From the NCBI GenBank assembly GCA_030603485.1, contig JAUVXS010000001.1, positions 1 through 41,752 on the forward strand: a stretch of 41,752 nucleotides of DNA, read 5' to 3'. Below the pieces are notes generated by a model. It ran no database searches. It was not told the DNA's origin and was given only the letters and a program-made list of their open reading frames with translations. Made by a program: the position numbers and the translations under genes. Numbering within the stretch: position 1 is the stretch's first letter; each line of letters begins with the position of its first letter. The DNA comes from Dehalococcoidia bacterium (GTDB lineage: Bacteria; Chloroflexota; Dehalococcoidia; GIF9; AB-539-J10). Positions 7,289 through 17,027 of the stretch are shown here, one piece after another.

Positions 7289-9538
7289 ATGATTAAATCG
7301 CTAAGAGCTGTCAGCTCCGGCAGGTTACTCATGTTTACCTTGGTATTCCTCATCGCCACAGACCTCACCATTCTTTTTAATATCCCCGTCTTAAGGCAGG
7401 TTCTCGCCTTTCTTCTCCTTACCTTCGTTCCCGGGGCCCTCATCCTTTTCATCCTAAAACTGAATAAACTGGGCTTACTCGAGAAAATAGTCCTATCAGT
7501 AGGACTCAGCGTTGCTTTCCTAATACTCTTTGGTCTGGCACTAAACACCTTGCTACTTGCCATCGGTTATACCAAGCCTCTATCAACTGCTTCGCTACTA
7601 ATATCATTCAGCATCGCCACCATTGTTTTGGCTGTCGCCGCCTATATAAGGAACAAGGAAATCACCTTTTCCCCTTCCAATCTTAAGCTAACTACGAGAG
7701 AAAAGGCGCTTTTAATTTTACCCTCACTGTTACCACTGCTAAGCATAGCGGGAATGCGCATCATGAACTTGAGCGACAACAATATCCTTTTAATGTTCTT
7801 GCTTTTCGTGATTCCTGCCTTTGTTATCTTTATCTCATTTTGCCACAGTAAAGTTCCCCAAAGACTGTACCCCAGCTTGATATTCCTAATCAGTATTTCG
7901 CTCTTGCTTATGCTCTCGTTAAGATCAAACCACATTATAGGCTCGGACATACATGAAGCATTTTATTCCTTCCAAGCGACGTTGGATAATCTGCACTGGA
8001 GCATGACGGCACCTACGCTTACGAATGCTATTTTAAGCGTTTCACTGCTACCCTCCATCTATCACACATTTCTGAATATAAGCCAAGAGTATCTGTATAA
8101 GGTTCTATATTCACTTCTGTTCTCGATCTCACCCTTGGTAGTATATATTATCGCTAAAAAATATATCGGCAATTTCTATGCTTTTATGGCCTCCTTCTTC
8201 TTTATGTCACAGACTCGTTTCTTTTGGGCATCGTGTGGTCCTGCCACAACGACGGCCACCTTTTTCTTTGCCCTGGCAATTATGGTCCTGTTCTACGATG
8301 GCATGAACATGTTTGCTAAGAAGCTTCTGTTTATCATCTTCGCCACCTCATGTCTTCTGTCGCATTACGGAACTTCATATATTTTTTTCTTTTTACTGAT
8401 CATTACTTGGATAGGAATGAAAATAATACCACGGATTTTGCCTAGTGAAAGGAAAGTGGCAACTTCATCCAAGAATCCCGTCAAAGGAGGTGCACCCTCA
8501 AACTCATCGCTAAGAGGAGCCATACTTAGAAGTGATACCAATGCTAATAAGACTTCTCAATCGGCGACTTTTAATATTCCTCAATCTCGCCTTACGGGGA
8601 GTATAACGATAAATATTGTGGCGTTGTTTTTTGTTCTGCTCTTCTTTTGGTATAGTCAAATAACAGTAGCCCCTTTCAATATCGGTGTAGACTTGATATA
8701 CAACACATTTACCAACTTAAACCAATTGTTTCTGCTAGAAGCCAAGGGGGGGACAATCAGTGCCGCCTTAGGCGAAGATATATACATGATTCCACAGAGG
8801 ATACGGGTCGTTGTTTCTTGGCTCACTATCGCCTTTATAGCCATCGGTGTGTTAAGTACTATGGCAAGATACAAGAGGATGATAGCTGTTCCCGGCTCAA
8901 GGCACATTAAACCGAATTTCCTGTACTCGAAATTTGATATGGAGTACTTCGTTCTCTCACTGGCATGCAGTATCATATTAGTAAGCACAATCGCCCTCCC
9001 CTATGTCTCGGTAGCCTATAGTATGGAGAGGGTGTACTTTCAGACACTGGCAGTCTTATCACCTTTTTTCGTTGTTAGTGGAATAGTTATCGCCAAGTGG
9101 CTCAGAGCAAGAGCTCATTGGATTATCCTTGTGGTGCTGATACCTCTCTTCATGTGCACTACGGGCACAATGTATCAGCTATTCAATGCATCAGCCTCAA
9201 TGGCCTTAAATTCAGCCGGCAGGGAGTATGAGACCATGTATGTTCACGATGCGGAAAGCTATGCCGCTAAATGGCTAAAAGAATACGCCGATGAAAGGGC
9301 AACGATATATACCGCGTATGGTCTGGGACAGCGGATGTTGATAAGCCAAGGCAAAATCCCACGTTCTCAGGCTAGGGGGTCTTTTATTACTCGATATCAA
9401 GAAGAGAAAACAATTGCAGGCTACATTTACCTGAGATATACAGATATTAAAGTTTATGAAGTAGTGGCAGAATATCCTGATATATTCGTTGGAAAGAACA
9501 AAATCTATACCGCTGGTGGCTCAGAGATATATCGCTAG
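7289..9538 (+). CDS. Large polytopic membrane protein (DUF2206-like by recollection); candidate glycan polymerase, ligase or GT-C type transferase
   Basis: More than 15 hydrophobic segments. N-terminal LLTFVPGALILFILKL motif. Hydrophilic Ser/Asn/Thr-rich loop (SERKVATSSKNPVKGGAPSNSS...). Soluble C-terminus of about 110 aa ending KIYTAGGSEIYR. Confidence 0.55.
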   Translation: MIKSLRAVSSGRLLMFTLVFLIATDLTILFNIPVLRQVLAFLLLTFVPGALILFILKLNKLGLLEKIVLSVGLSVAFLILFGLALNTLLLAIGYTKPLSTASLLISFSIATIVLAVAAYIRNKEITFSPSNLKLTTREKALLILPSLLPLLSIAGMRIMNLSDNNILLMFLLFVIPAFVIFISFCHSKVPQRLYPSLIFLISISLLLMLSLRSNHIIGSDIHEAFYSFQATLDNLHWSMTAPTLTNAILSVSLLPSIYHTFLNISQEYLYKVLYSLLFSISPLVVYIIAKKYIGNFYAFMASFFFMSQTRFFWASCGPATTTATFFFALAIMVLFYDGMNMFAKKLLFIIFATSCLLSHYGTSYIFFFLLIITWIGMKIIPRILPSERKVATSSKNPVKGGAPSNSSLRGAILRSDTNANKTSQSATFNIPQSRLTGSITINIVALFFVLLFFWYSQITVAPFNIGVDLIYNTFTNLNQLFLLEAKGGTISAALGEDIYMIPQRIRVVVSWLTIAFIAIGVLSTMARYKRMIAVPGSRHIKPNFLYSKFDMEYFVLSLACSIILVSTIALPYVSVAYSMERVYFQTLAVLSPFFVVSGIVIAKWLRARAHWIILVVLIPLFMCTTGTMYQLFNASASMALNSAGREYETMYVHDAESYAAKWLKEYADERATIYTAYGLGQRMLISQGKIPRSQARGSFITRYQEEKTIAGYIYLRYTDIKVYEVVAEYPDIFVGKNKIYTAGGSEIYR

Positions 9539-9551
9539 CTATATTCTTGTC

Positions 9552-10634
9552 CTAAATACCATCGCTATCTCCCAAAGTGAAGTGCCATCTGTAAGCGTGG
9601 CTAACAATCTGGCTACCGAGCTCATTCTTATAGCACATAAGGGGAACAGCTACTGCGTGAGGCAAGAAGCCAAGTTTAACGAGTATTCTATCGTAAAAAC
9701 TACCTTTGACCACCCAGACACTAACCCTGCTCACTTTTCTGTGGTAAAAGTCCCGAAGCGAGGTAGAAAGCAACTTCTTTAGTACATTAGGATCATCCTC
9801 AATAGTCAAGAAGTCACAAATAAACCCCTTTGGTATGCTCTCAAAGAGGCTGATTTTGTTTACCATATACCCCAAGATAGCTCCATCCCTGTTTCTGGCA
9901 ATTAGAATTGAGTAAGTATCAGGATTGGTTACATACCTCCACTCCAGATAATCCTTTGTACGCACCAGCATAACATCGTAATTGTTTGAAACTTGTTCCC
10001 AAAGAGTATTGATATCATCAGGAAAACCTGGCTCTGCGTAAATAAGGACATCGCTTTTTGTTACCCCCCTCATGCCAATTCTGAATATGGCTCGGGAAAC
10101 AGTATCTATCACCGGTGAGAATGCCGAAGCCAAGAGCCGAGAGCGTAGTCTTGCCTTCAGCGGTTGCTTGGAGTTTATTATATGCACTAGGCTACGCAAC
10201 TTAATTGGCACCGGCACGTGATTCAACTTCTTGATGTAACCCGGCAGAGAGGTATCTTTATTAGGAATATTATAGATAAGGCTTATGCCTTTATTGATGA
10301 TGCTCTCCCTAGCGGCTTTGGATAGTGTCGTAAAGATACCTCGCCTTTGATAATCGGGGTGAGTGAAGGTATCTCCCATCTCAGCTACAGTGGTTATATT
10401 CCCTAATGCTTTCATCATCTTTGGCGTAACATTCTTTATTGCCACGATTTTGTCACCATCCTCAGCCAACCACATCTCCCCCGGCAGGATAGGATTCTTA
10501 TAACACTTCCATTCGTAATACTCAGGTTCATAAGACCTCATTAAGGGATTATATTTAAAAAAGGTTTTGCGGAACTCGGAGATTCTGGGCAAGTCTTCTC
10601 TTTTGGCTTTTCTAAAGGTTAATTCCTCTGACAT
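9552..10634 (-). CDS. GNAT-family acyltransferase with extended C-domain; paralog of the C-terminal half of 2728-4533
   Basis: THPDYQRRGIFTTL and LWEQVSNNYDVMLVRTKDYLEWRY parallel THPEYRRQGIASIL and LWERVSNDYSIIVARNKRYLNWRY in the fusion. ATG 10634 is preceded by GGAGGG and overlaps the upstream stop as TAATG. The longer ORF to 10697 is rejected. Confidence 0.75.
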   Translation of the reverse strand: MSEELTFRKAKREDLPRISEFRKTFFKYNPLMRSYEPEYYEWKCYKNPILPGEMWLAEDGDKIVAIKNVTPKMMKALGNITTVAEMGDTFTHPDYQRRGIFTTLSKAARESIINKGISLIYNIPNKDTSLPGYIKKLNHVPVPIKLRSLVHIINSKQPLKARLRSRLLASAFSPVIDTVSRAIFRIGMRGVTKSDVLIYAEPGFPDDINTLWEQVSNNYDVMLVRTKDYLEWRYVTNPDTYSILIARNRDGAILGYMVNKISLFESIPKGFICDFLTIEDDPNVLKKLLSTSLRDFYHRKVSRVSVWVVKGSFYDRILVKLGFLPHAVAVPLMCYKNELGSQIVSHAYRWHFTLGDSDGI

Positions 10635-11581
10635 TATTCCCTCCTCTGCCCACGGGATATAATTTGCTCGACTAATATTACAAATGGTAGTACCCATCTA
10701 AACCACCAGTCATAGGCTCCCTCAACCTTTCTTCTGAACTTGGCAAGGGAATCCTGGCTACCAATTGGAACCCTTCGCAATTCAAAGAAATCGCTCTTTA
10801 AGGTGTTACTGCCCCATTTGGTTACCGCGGCACGATACCCCGCCACCTGAACCCAATTTTTAGCTGATTTATTTATGTCCCCATAAGGATAACCGAAACA
10901 TGCCACCGGCTTTTTCAATATCCCTTCAAGGCATTGTTTAGAGCCTCTTAACTCCTCCATAGCGCTACTTTCGTCAATTTGGGTTAAGCTACAATGGCTC
11001 TTGGTATGGGAACCAAAACAAGCTCCCTGAGCATTCATAGCCAGAATTTCCTCTCGCCTAAGTGGCAACCAATATTGTCTGTTGTCCTGAGCGTGGGCAA
11101 GCGACTTCTCCTCTAGCTTTAGCCAGTGAAAGATTTTATCACTATCAATGTAATCAGTAACTATAAAGAAAGTTCCCTTGAGGTTATATTTCGCTAGGAT
11201 AGGAAAGGCGTTGAGATAATTATCCCGATAGCCATCATCCAAGGTGACAATGACTGTTTTGGGGGGAGGCTTCATATTCTTACCCTTATACTCAATAAAC
11301 TCGTCTAAGGTGATAACATTAAATCCATTTTGTGATAAGAATTCCATCTGCCAGGCAAATGCTTTAGGGGGAACATTAAGAAAAGACATAACATCATTTG
11401 CCTCTGGAAGGTCGTAGACCCTATGGTAGCATAAGATTCTGACTTTATTCCCGCTCAGTAACCGATATAACGGATGAATCACTATGCTGATGAAGTCAAC
11501 ACAGATGTGTAATAAACTTCTTAGTATTCTCATCTCAATTAATTCGAAGCACTTGCAAAAGTGCCTCCCACCAGATATCAT
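10634..11581 (-). CDS. NodB-type polysaccharide deacetylase with N-terminal hydrophobic segment
   Basis: Motifs VTLDDGYRDN, GSHTKSH and GYPYG. The start is uncertain (ATG 11581 or ATG 11533) and neither has a strong Shine-Dalgarno. Confidence 0.8.
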   Translation of the reverse strand: MISGGRHFCKCFELIEMRILRSLLHICVDFISIVIHPLYRLLSGNKVRILCYHRVYDLPEANDVMSFLNVPPKAFAWQMEFLSQNGFNVITLDEFIEYKGKNMKPPPKTVIVTLDDGYRDNYLNAFPILAKYNLKGTFFIVTDYIDSDKIFHWLKLEEKSLAHAQDNRQYWLPLRREEILAMNAQGACFGSHTKSHCSLTQIDESSAMEELRGSKQCLEGILKKPVACFGYPYGDINKSAKNWVQVAGYRAAVTKWGSNTLKSDFFELRRVPIGSQDSLAKFRRKVEGAYDWWFRWVLPFVILVEQIISRGQRRE

Positions 11582-11767
11582 GTAGGAAGCAGCAAGCTAC
11601 GCCAGAAAACACAATACCCGTTAATTAGAATAGTCGCTAGAGAACAGGGTTGTCAATGATGGTGAAGCAGGGGTTCAATTCGCCTTATGGAAATATTTAA
11701 TCCCCTTTCGGCGAAAGTTACTCCTCACTTGGGAATAATCATGGGGAAGTCTGGTGACAGAAGGCAA
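11582..11767. promoter_or_regulatory. Divergent intergenic region expected to carry promoters for the 10634-11581 (-) and 11768-13868 (+) units
   Basis: This is the only non-coding DNA between divergently oriented genes. I could identify only weak hexamers (TTGTCA at 11650-11655, 18-nt spacer, TTCAAT). Confidence 0.3.
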
Positions 11768-12880
11768 ATGAAGATATGCTACCTTGCTGATGCCGGAAAT
11801 GTTACTACTCAGAAATGGGTGAACTACTTCGCTAGGAAAGGGCATCAGATTCACCTTATTACCAATAGGATCAGGTCTGGCAGGCCGGGGGAAAGCCACT
11901 CTGAGGGTGTCAAACTTCATCTACTGACCACGCCGATACCATGGCACTGGGCAAAATCAGGATATGTCAATATTCCATTGCAACTCATTCAAGTTCGAAG
12001 GCTAATCAATAGAATAAAGCCAGATGTCATTCACGTTCACTACCTTGAAACAAACGCCTTTTTGGCAATTTCTACTGGCTTTCACCCGGTAGTTTTGAGT
12101 GCGTGGGGCTCGGATATATTGATTACGCCCAAGAAAAGTCGCTTGCAGAAGTTTCTCACTCAATATGCTTTAAAGAGAGCCGAGCTAATCACCTGTAGTG
12201 CGGAGAATTTAATGGAAGAGATGATAAAACTGGGTGCAGACCATGATAAAATACGGATTATCCGCCACGGCGTGGACACACAAAAATTTAATCCTCAACG
12301 GGGTGGGGAATTCAGGAATAGATTAGGGTTGCGAAGAGTTCCGGTTGTAATATCTACCAGAAAGTTAAGGCCAATATACAATGTGGAGATGCTAATCAGG
12401 GCAATACCTCTCGTCCTAGAGCATGCACCGCAAGCGATTTTCATAATCGCTGGTGATGGCGAACAGAAGAAGTATTTGGAGGGGCTGGTAACATCCTTAG
12501 GAGTCGCAGAGAATGTCAGGTTTGTAGGCTGGGTGCGACATGACGAGCTTCCAAACTATTTGGCATCGGCGGATATTTATACTTCAACTTCCTTATCTGA
12601 TAGCGAATCGATTAGCTTAGAAGAGGCAATGGCATGCGAAGTACCTCCTGTGGTCACTGAAATACCTGCCAACCGAGCGTGGATAAAGGATGGAGAAAAC
12701 GGCTTTCTTGTGCCTATAGACGATATACAGGCAATGGCCGACAGGATTGTCTATTTAATCAGGAATAAGGAGGCTAGAGAAAGGTTGGGGAAAGAGGGCA
12801 GAAAAACAATAAAGGAAAGAGCCGAGTATGAAGAAGAAATGAGCAAAATGGGAAAGCTATATGAATCACTTGTCAAATAA
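11768..12880 (+). CDS. GT4-family glycosyltransferase
   Basis: MKICYLADAGNV... N-terminus after a GAAGG Shine-Dalgarno (the ORF opens at 11687). C-terminal SLEEAMACEVPPVV motif. Confidence 0.85.
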   Translation: MKICYLADAGNVTTQKWVNYFARKGHQIHLITNRIRSGRPGESHSEGVKLHLLTTPIPWHWAKSGYVNIPLQLIQVRRLINRIKPDVIHVHYLETNAFLAISTGFHPVVLSAWGSDILITPKKSRLQKFLTQYALKRAELITCSAENLMEEMIKLGADHDKIRIIRHGVDTQKFNPQRGGEFRNRLGLRRVPVVISTRKLRPIYNVEMLIRAIPLVLEHAPQAIFIIAGDGEQKKYLEGLVTSLGVAENVRFVGWVRHDELPNYLASADIYTSTSLSDSESISLEEAMACEVPPVVTEIPANRAWIKDGENGFLVPIDDIQAMADRIVYLIRNKEARERLGKEGRKTIKERAEYEEEMSKMGKLYESLVK

Positions 12881-12902
12881 GCTACGATTTCGAGGAGTGT
12901 TA

Positions 12903-13868
12903 ATGGCTTCCAGGAGCATCTCAGTCATAGTCCCCACTAAAGATAGACCGCAAGATTTAGTTAGATGCCTGGACTCTGTTTTAAATCAAACCCTCCAGCC
13001 TGATGAAATAATAATAGTTGACGCTAGCAAAACGGATATGTTTAATTCAGCACTCATAACCCGAGCCAATGAGAAGGTCAGAACTATCTACCTTCGTACT
13101 GCAGCCGGGTTAACACACCAAAAAAATACTGGCGTTGAAGCTAGTTCGGGTGATATCGTTTTCTTCCTTGACGATGATACCATTCTTGAAAAAGACTTTA
13201 TAAAGGAAATAGTAAATATTTTTGACCATAACCAAGAGAGAAAAGTAGCTGGAGTTTGTGGGAAAATAATTACTCCAAAAAAGCAGGATGTCTGGTTACT
13301 CCGCTTTATATTAATTTCGGTCATTCAAGTCGTGCAGAAAATTATTTCAATTGTATTCCTGCTAAGGAAAAAGGGGGACGGCACATTTCGAGCCTCTGGT
13401 TTCCCCAATTACCCATACATCACTAGCAAAGTAAAGAGAGTTGAATTTCTCTGCGGCGGCTTGACTGGGTGGAGAAGGGAGATCCTCATAGAGTTTAAAT
13501 TTGATGAAAACTTAAATGGTTATTCCTATTATGAAGATGTGGATTTTTCTTATAGGGTTTCTCGAAAATATGAGAATATCTTTACCCCGTATGCAAAAGC
13601 ACTCCACAATGTTTCACTGGTTGCAAGGATCGATGCAGCAACTAGAAAGAAAATGATGATAGATAATAGTCACTACCTATTCAAGAAGAATCTTCCTCAA
13701 ACCCTCAAGCATAAGCTTGCCTTCTACTGGTCGATAATCGGATTATGTTTGAGTGGAACTCTTCAGGCAGTAGTGACGAGGAATATGGGGGCATTAAAAG
13801 GTTTAATCGCTGGATTGGTTAGCATAACGCTACATTCAGACAAGTTTGGCACGTCAGGAACCAGGTGA
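12903..13868 (+). CDS. GT2-family glycosyltransferase
   Basis: ISVIVPTKDRPQDLVRCLDSVLNQT and the FLDDD (DxD) motif. ATG 12903 follows a GAGGAG Shine-Dalgarno (the ORF opens at 12861). Confidence 0.85.
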   Translation: MASRSISVIVPTKDRPQDLVRCLDSVLNQTLQPDEIIIVDASKTDMFNSALITRANEKVRTIYLRTAAGLTHQKNTGVEASSGDIVFFLDDDTILEKDFIKEIVNIFDHNQERKVAGVCGKIITPKKQDVWLLRFILISVIQVVQKIISIVFLLRKKGDGTFRASGFPNYPYITSKVKRVEFLCGGLTGWRREILIEFKFDENLNGYSYYEDVDFSYRVSRKYENIFTPYAKALHNVSLVARIDAATRKKMMIDNSHYLFKKNLPQTLKHKLAFYWSIIGLCLSGTLQAVVTRNMGALKGLIAGLVSITLHSDKFGTSGTR

Positions 13869-13910
13869 GTTAGCCAAGGGATTGTTAAACCTGCTTTAAG
13901 AATATAAAGC

Positions 13911-15092
13911 TTAAACTAGGTTGGCATACTTAGCCCATATCTCAGTCAGCCTCATTCCCTCCTCCAGATCAAATCTTGGCTGATAACCCAGCAATCGTTT
14001 AGCCTTGTCTATTCTAACACGTGTCCGAGCCTTGAATTCCCTGTTCTGAGCGTCTGTTAATAGGCGAAGAGGCTTTTCTTCTGAAACTAACGGTCCGGAC
14101 TGCCTGGTTGAACCATGCAATATGATAGTATTCTTCAAATGTTGCCACCAAGAGCGCGGTATTATTCCTTCTGTCAGTCTGATGAATCTCGCAACAGCCG
14201 GAAGTTGTGTAATCCACAACAGGACATCAATTCTTCGGAATGTAGTCAGTACCTGATGGATTGTCCCATGCTCCCGCTTGTATTGTCTATTCAAGTCTGC
14301 TAGGTCACTCTGGCTTGCAAAAATTACTGATTTGGTACCAAGTATTTGCTCGTAAGCGGCGTAGAATTCCCACCAGGTTACTGGTTCCTCAGCAGAAATA
14401 AGAAATGCCTCACCGACCGCCTTATCTCTAGTCGCAACTAACAACATCGCCTCAACAACATCATCAACATAAACAGCATTGCATAGCCCTTCTTTTGCCT
14501 CCTCGGGGAGAATAACCCTTTCATTCTTCAGCTGGTTAATTATCCTAACCGTCCAGCTTCCAATAAAGGGGCCATACACAATTGTCGGTTGAATAATTGA
14601 AACGGGCACTCCATATTTCCGAAAATAGTGGAAAGCTAATTTTTCCGCTTTAAGCTTGGAATCGGCATAGCTTTCGCCCGAATATTTACGCAGTGCAGAC
14701 TCGTCAAGGTCACCGTCTGCGGTTTGCCCGTACACCGAAATCGTGCTGACATGAACCACTCGCTCAAGTTTGTGCTCCAGGGCAGCTTTTAACACATTTT
14801 TAGTTCCTTGGGTGGTTTCCTTACTACTGCCGTAGGCAAGGTGGAAGACAATATCGCAGCCTTCCATTGCTTGGTGCACTGCTGACGGGTCGACAATATC
14901 CCCGGGAACCATTTGAATTGGGAAGCGTGCCACTCTCGATGCTCGGGCAAAGTTCCTGATCAGGACACGCACCTCAGCCTGGCACTCCATTACCAATCGT
15001 TCAACCAGGTGCCCGCCAATAGATCCCGTTCCCCCTGTTACCAAAACCCTCTTGCCTTTCAAGTTTATCGTGGCGTATCTTGGCTGGTTCAT
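13911..15092 (-). CDS. NAD-dependent epimerase/dehydratase (extended SDR) with C-terminal extension
   Basis: VLVTGGTGSIGGHLVERL and the YADSK catalytic motif. ATG 15092 overlaps the upstream TGA (ATGA). A GTG at 15104 is the alternative start. Confidence 0.8.
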   Translation of the reverse strand: MNQPRYATINLKGKRVLVTGGTGSIGGHLVERLVMECQAEVRVLIRNFARASRVARFPIQMVPGDIVDPSAVHQAMEGCDIVFHLAYGSSKETTQGTKNVLKAALEHKLERVVHVSTISVYGQTADGDLDESALRKYSGESYADSKLKAEKLAFHYFRKYGVPVSIIQPTIVYGPFIGSWTVRIINQLKNERVILPEEAKEGLCNAVYVDDVVEAMLLVATRDKAVGEAFLISAEEPVTWWEFYAAYEQILGTKSVIFASQSDLADLNRQYKREHGTIHQVLTTFRRIDVLLWITQLPAVARFIRLTEGIIPRSWWQHLKNTIILHGSTRQSGPLVSEEKPLRLLTDAQNREFKARTRVRIDKAKRLLGYQPRFDLEEGMRLTEIWAKYANLV

Positions 15093-16123
15093 ACTGTCTT
15101 GCACCTCTGCCAGGGCAGTTCAAGCAGCTTACGGTTCTGATAACATGCCTCAATCAGTTCCACGGATTTACGTGCCTCCTCACCGGGAACCAGTGGCTGC
15201 CCCCCGTTCTGGATTGCCTCAACCCAATCTTCTAGTTGGGCAGTGAACAGGTCTTTAACTGACCGGGCTTTCCATTCAGCACCATAGCTTTCAACCACAT
15301 CACCAACGATTTTTTTATGTAAACCTTTGGGTTGAATCGATATCTGGAAACGGTGTACATGCACCTCTACTGTGGCTTTCTCGCTTTTGATGATGATAGT
15401 ATTCCGCAGATTGCGGATGCGACTTAGATCCACAAAGCCCCTTACGCTATTTTTCATCTTCAGATGAATCTGGCAGTCAGCCTCGATTCCGCCCATATTA
15501 TCATCGAAGTAGTCAAATGACTCGTAGTCTCCGAACCACCACAGCAGAGTATCTAACGCGTGAGCCCCGGTATCCATCAGTACTCCGCCACAAGCCATCT
15601 CCTTTCGGAAGTAGAAATCTGATGCTATCGGCCAGTTATAGATATTTCCTTCACGCAGATCGAAAGACTCAATCTTTCCGAGGAAACCACTATCAAATAA
15701 TGCTTTGATAAATTGATCAATGTAACGGAATCGGCGCACGAGCCCTACAGCAAGAGTCGCACCACTCTGCCGCGCTGCTGTAATCATTCTGTCGCACTCG
15801 GCTGTGCTGGGCGCCATTGGCTTCTCTACGAGTACATGAATACCGCGATTCAGAAAGTCAATGCTGATTGGAGCATGCAGTGCGTGCGGCAATGCCACAA
15901 TGGCAGCATCTGCTTGACCGAAAATCTCTTTATAATCCTCTGCAACACGGGGCACGCTGAACCTATCGGCTAACTTATTAGCGCGAGCTATATTTGTGTC
16001 CACTAGTACTGCAAGCTCAACCTTATCGGAGACTACTGCCGCCGGTATATGCCCCTGCTCAGCAGCAGCACCACAACCGACGATGCCTAACTTGAGAGGT
16101 GCTATTTCAGAAGAGGTCATCAT
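15089..16123 (-). CDS. Gfo/Idh/MocA-family sugar oxidoreductase
   Basis: LKLGIVGCGAAAEQGHIPA Rossmann motif and VLVEKPMA. I chose start ATG 16123, because the 73-codon extension to 16342 runs through the upstream gene. Confidence 0.85.
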   Translation of the reverse strand: MMTSSEIAPLKLGIVGCGAAAEQGHIPAAVVSDKVELAVLVDTNIARANKLADRFSVPRVAEDYKEIFGQADAAIVALPHALHAPISIDFLNRGIHVLVEKPMAPSTAECDRMITAARQSGATLAVGLVRRFRYIDQFIKALFDSGFLGKIESFDLREGNIYNWPIASDFYFRKEMACGGVLMDTGAHALDTLLWWFGDYESFDYFDDNMGGIEADCQIHLKMKNSVRGFVDLSRIRNLRNTIIIKSEKATVEVHVHRFQISIQPKGLHKKIVGDVVESYGAEWKARSVKDLFTAQLEDWVEAIQNGGQPLVPGEEARKSVELIEACYQNRKLLELPWQRCKTV

Positions 16124-16964
16124 AGTTGACTCTTTCAAAGACTTCGAGTTTTCCACCAACGCCAGCATTGTAGATTTTCCTCGCGTGCTTCTCAAAGGTA
16201 TCCCTAGCAACCGAGTAGGATGCCGTAACCTTGTCGTACCAAGGTTCCCCGTGTTCTTCGAATCTCTTCTGGTTAAATGCACGACAGAAGTGGTGGAAGT
16301 ATCCTTTCGATAAATCCTCGGCTTCACGGAGCTTGTAATCACAATCGCACCCTAAAAGATAAATATCAGAGAATCCCATGTAGAAGGCTAGGGGAAGACA
16401 GAAATCAATGATGAGCGTACAACCATAGTATACTTCGTTGGTAATGTCTAGACTCATTGATTTGGTTTCCCAGATGGGGGTGTCTCTGCAGTTAAGATAA
16501 AAAATTGGATGATTGACAAAAAGATTATGTTTCCTGATAAATGGTTTAGCGCGTAGAGAAAAAAACTTTGGAGTGTTTGCTGTCTTCTCCAGCATCAAGG
16601 GATACCATTCAGCATCGAAATCATTGTATTTGATCAGGTCAATAGTCACACAATAGTAAGTGGGATTGATTTCATCATATTGGTTGTGGTGAACAAAGCT
16701 GTTGGTGACAAAAACTATTTCATGCTCTAATTTGGTCAAATCCTGTTGGAGGATAGAAGGGCCGTTACCAATGATAAAGCAGCGCTTTTGGTCGGCATGC
16801 AATTTTTTAAACCGTTTGAGCCTTGGCCTCTCGGGAATCATTGCCCAGTTAGCCCTAAGGCGTCTGACCTGCTTTTGTTCCCAGTCATAAGCCTTTCTAA
16901 TATAGACAAGGTCATATTTGCCAACAATCTTCTTAGCAACCGAATAAACCAAGGTACCTTTCAT
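16107..16964 (-). CDS. DUF115/MptE-like protein (Maf or sialyltransferase-like); candidate nonulosonic-acid transferase
   Basis: FIIGNGPSI and LLGCDCDY motifs, as in DUF115/GT42-type proteins. It lies immediately downstream of the NeuA/NeuB homologs. Confidence 0.55.
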   Translation of the reverse strand: MKGTLVYSVAKKIVGKYDLVYIRKAYDWEQKQVRRLRANWAMIPERPRLKRFKKLHADQKRCFIIGNGPSILQQDLTKLEHEIVFVTNSFVHHNQYDEINPTYYCVTIDLIKYNDFDAEWYPLMLEKTANTPKFFSLRAKPFIRKHNLFVNHPIFYLNCRDTPIWETKSMSLDITNEVYYGCTLIIDFCLPLAFYMGFSDIYLLGCDCDYKLREAEDLSKGYFHHFCRAFNQKRFEEHGEPWYDKVTASYSVARDTFEKHARKIYNAGVGGKLEVFERVNYDDLF

Positions 16965-17027
16965 TGAACTCCCTTCAGTCCAGTTCTAACGGGGTGCATT
17001 CCATTTTCTATCGCCTATTCCTCTTTA

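Noticed and set aside
9539-9551. Only 13 nt separate the convergent stops of the membrane-protein gene and the GNAT gene.
   Set aside because: It is noted as a tight junction without room for a terminator, but there is no structure or motif to report.
9531-11648. Imperfect inverted repeat (CTAGC..ATTCT at 9533-9547 versus its complement at 11626-11640) flanking the inverted deacetylase-GNAT module, a possible inversion or insertion scar.
   Set aside because: It matches about 10 of 14 positions with an indel. That is short enough to arise by chance, and no recombinase is nearby.
13893-13910. Hairpin GCTTTA-agaata-TAAAGC in the 42-nt convergent gap, a possible bidirectional terminator.
   Set aside because: It has only a 6-bp AT-rich stem, no clear U-tract, and abuts the stop codon at 13911. 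This is too weak to call.
15089-16342. Long N-terminal extensions in the ORF track: 15089-16342, 33378-34532, 36506-38134, 9552-10697, 11687-12880, 12861-13868 and 2647-4533.
   Set aside because: The extra codons overlap the preceding gene or lack any motif. Internal ATGs sit right after Shine-Dalgarno sequences and where the conserved domains begin, so I used the shorter starts.
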